Assembly (NCBI GenBank): GCA_964036045.1
Contig: OZ038378.1
Coordinates: 150,536,001-150,600,000 of the forward strand
Length of the DNA stretch: 64,000 nucleotides
Source of the DNA: Eutreptiella sp. 'Long Island Sound 2002'
Lineage: Eukaryota; Protista; Euglenida
Direction: 5' to 3'
Positions within the stretch are counted from its first letter, which is position 1; each line of letters begins with the position of its first letter. Under the pieces are notes generated by a model that saw nothing but the letters and a program-made list of their open reading frames with translations, had not been told where the DNA came from and made no database searches. A program made the position numbers and the translations under genes. Of the stretch, positions 61,839-64,000 are shown piece by piece.

Positions 61839-62145
61839 CTGTGGAAGAGGTGTGTTGACGGCGGGCAAGCGGAGGGGGGTGCGTGGGGGGCCAGGGACAG
61901 GGACAGGGACAGGGACAGACCCCGCGGGGGCGCAGGCATTGGGGGGGAGGGGGTGGCGTTCGGCAATGGTTGGATCGAGGCGCGCCCCACGCCCACCTCC
62001 GCCCCGGCGCGCACGCGCAGACATACACAGACACGCACACGCGCACACTGCCAGACACGCCGCCTTGTTATTGAGCCCCTCCCTGATCAAACTTGTTTGG
62101 GACCCCCCCCCTGGCGCCCGGCCCCCGGCGCCCTTTTCAGTGCCC

Positions 62146-64000
62146 GCCCTCCCTATTCGAATTTGTTAGGCAGCCCCCCCTCCCTAGTCAAATTTGTTAG
62201 GTACCCCCCCACCCTATTCAAATTTGTTAGGTACCCCCCCCCCCTCCCTATTTAAAATTTGTTAGGTCCCCCCCCCTCCCTATTTAAATTGGTTAGGTAC
62301 CCCCCCCTCCCTATTTAAATTTGTCAGGTACCCCCCCCCTCCCTATTTAAATTTGTTAGGTACCCCCCCCCTCCCTATTTAAATTTGTCAGGTACCCCCC
62401 CCCTCCCTATTCAAATTTGTTAGGTACCCCCCCCTCCCTATTTAATTTTGTTAGGTACCCCCCCTCCCTATTCAAATTTGTTAGGTACCCCCCCCTCCCT
62501 ATTTAATTTTGTTAGGTACCCCCCCTCCCTATTCAAATTTGTTAGGTACCCCCCCCTCCCTATTCAAATTTGTCAGGTACCCCCCCCTCCCTATTTAATT
62601 TGTCAGGTACCCCCCCCTCCCTATTTAAATTTGTTGGGTGCCCCCCCTCCCTATTTAAATTTGTTAGGTAACCCCCCCTCCCTATTCAAAATTTGTTAGG
62701 TACCCCCCCCCTCCCTATTTAAATTTGTTAGGTACCCCCCCCCTCCCTATTTAAATTTGTTAGGTACCCCCCCGCTCCCTATTTAAATTTGTTAGCTACC
62801 CCCCCCTCCCTATTTAAATTTGTCAGGTACCCCCCCCCTCCCTATTCAAATTTGTTAGGTACCCCCCCCTCCCTATTTAATTTTGTTAGGTACCCCCCCT
62901 CCCTATTCAAATTTGTTAGGTACCCCCCCCTCCCTATTTAATTTTGTTAGGTACCCCCCCTCCCTATTCAAATTTGTTAGGTACCCCCCCCTCCCTATTC
63001 AAATTTGTCAGGTACCCCCCCCTCCCTATTTAATTTGTCAGGTACCCCCCCCTCCCTATTTAAATTTGTTGGGTGCCCCCCCTCCCTATTTAAATTTGTT
63101 AGGTAACCCCCCCTCCCTATTCAAAATTTGTTAGGTACCCCCCCCCTCCCTATTTAAATTTGTTAGGTACCCCCCCCCTCCCTATTTAAATTTGTTAGGT
63201 ACCCCCCCGCTCCCTATTTAAATTTGTTAGCTACCCCCCCCTCCCTATTTAAATTTGTTAGGTAACCCCCCCTCCCTATTTAAATTTGTCAGGTACCCCC
63301 CCCCTCCCTATTTAAATTTGTTAGCTACCCCCCCTCCCTATTTAAATTTGTTAGGTAACCCGCCTCCCTATTTAAATTTGTCAGGTACCCCCCCCCTCCC
63401 TATTTAAATTTGTTAGACAACCCCCCATCCCTATTGAAATTTGTTAGGTAACCCCCCCTCCCTATTTAAATTTGTCAGGTACCCCCCCCCTCCCTATTCA
63501 AATTTGTTAGGTACCCCCCCCTCCCTATTTAATTTTGTTAGGTACCCCCCCCCTCCCCATTCGAATTTGTTAGGTAACCCCCCCTCCCTATTTAAATTTG
63601 TCAGGTACCCCCCCCTCCCTATTTGAATTTGTTAGGTAACCCCCCCTCCCTATTCAAATTTGTCAGGTACCCCCCCCCTCCCTATTTAAATTTGTTAGGT
63701 ATCCCCCCCTCCCTATTCAAATTTGTTAGGTAACCCCCCCTCCCTATTTATATTTGTTAGGTACCCACCCCTCCCTATTGAAATTTGTCAGGTATCCCCC
63801 CCTCCCTATTTAAATTTGTTAGGTACCCCCCCGACTCCCTATTTAAACTTGTTAGGTATCCCCCCCTCCATATTGAAATTTGTTAGGTAACCCCCCCCTC
63901 CCTATTTGAATTTGTTAGGTAAGCCCCCTCCCTATTTGAATTTGTTAGGTAACCCCCCCTCCCTATTTCAGTTTGTCAGGTACCCCCCCCTCCCTACTCA
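62146..64000. repeat. ~31-bp satellite (CCCTATTTAAATTTGTTAGGTACCCCCCCCT)n, ~60 copies, with a 435-bp higher-order duplication; runs off the window
   Basis: Direct reading. Rare variants recur exactly 435 bp apart (e.g. CCGCTCCC at 62773 and 63208), and track ORFs 62448 and 62883 are identical. Confidence 0.97.

Noticed and set aside
59432-62255. Long plus-strand ORFs (310-378 aa) and overlapping minus-strand ORFs
   Set aside because: These are antisense or off-frame shadows of GC-rich exons and introns with GTG/TTG starts and no recognisable motifs.
62146-64000. CRISPR-like array or PPSLFKFVRY-repeat protein
   Set aside because: Monomers abut with no unique spacers, there are no cas genes and the context is eukaryotic; the ORFs are satellite translations.
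1-64000. Spliced-leader RNA, rRNA or snRNA genes, and non-canonical euglenid introns
   Set aside because: I saw no recognisable SL or rRNA sequence, and all introns I could define are conventional GT-AG. Non-canonical introns cannot be excluded without transcripts.

Overview
This is eukaryotic nuclear DNA, not prokaryotic: it has GT-AG introns, high-GC3 exons in a repeat-dense background, long G/C homopolymers and microsatellites. Most ORF-track entries (many with GTG/TTG starts) are therefore spurious. A euglenid-like protist origin is my unverified impression from the repeat families and LRR style. I can support four host protein loci, all on the minus strand: (1) an F-box-like/RI-type LRR protein (608-1954); (2) an intact two-exon Zn-dependent HDAC-family deacetylase (40731-38118); (3) an isolated exon of a YoaK/DUF1275 membrane protein (46010-45697); (4) a gene of at least six exons that I reconstructed by splice phase (61838-57210), encoding WD40 + long coiled coil + R-S-E ADP-ribosyltransferase, with its 5' part probably beyond a 31-bp satellite at the window end. 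The rest is mobile or repetitive DNA: a decayed LINE (RT motifs, RNase H-like region), an RNase H fragment, TSD-flanked poly(A) retro-insertions, three tRNA-like heads, a 1.4-kb TIR element, and a near-identical 6.2-kb tandem duplication whose copy 1 carries a 1.8-kb TIR element with an 8-bp TSD while copy 2 shows the empty site. There is also a palindrome-rich, head-to-tail, Helitron2-like element beside a possible decayed PIF1 helicase, and several minisatellites. All coordinates and alignments were read by eye; no searches were run.
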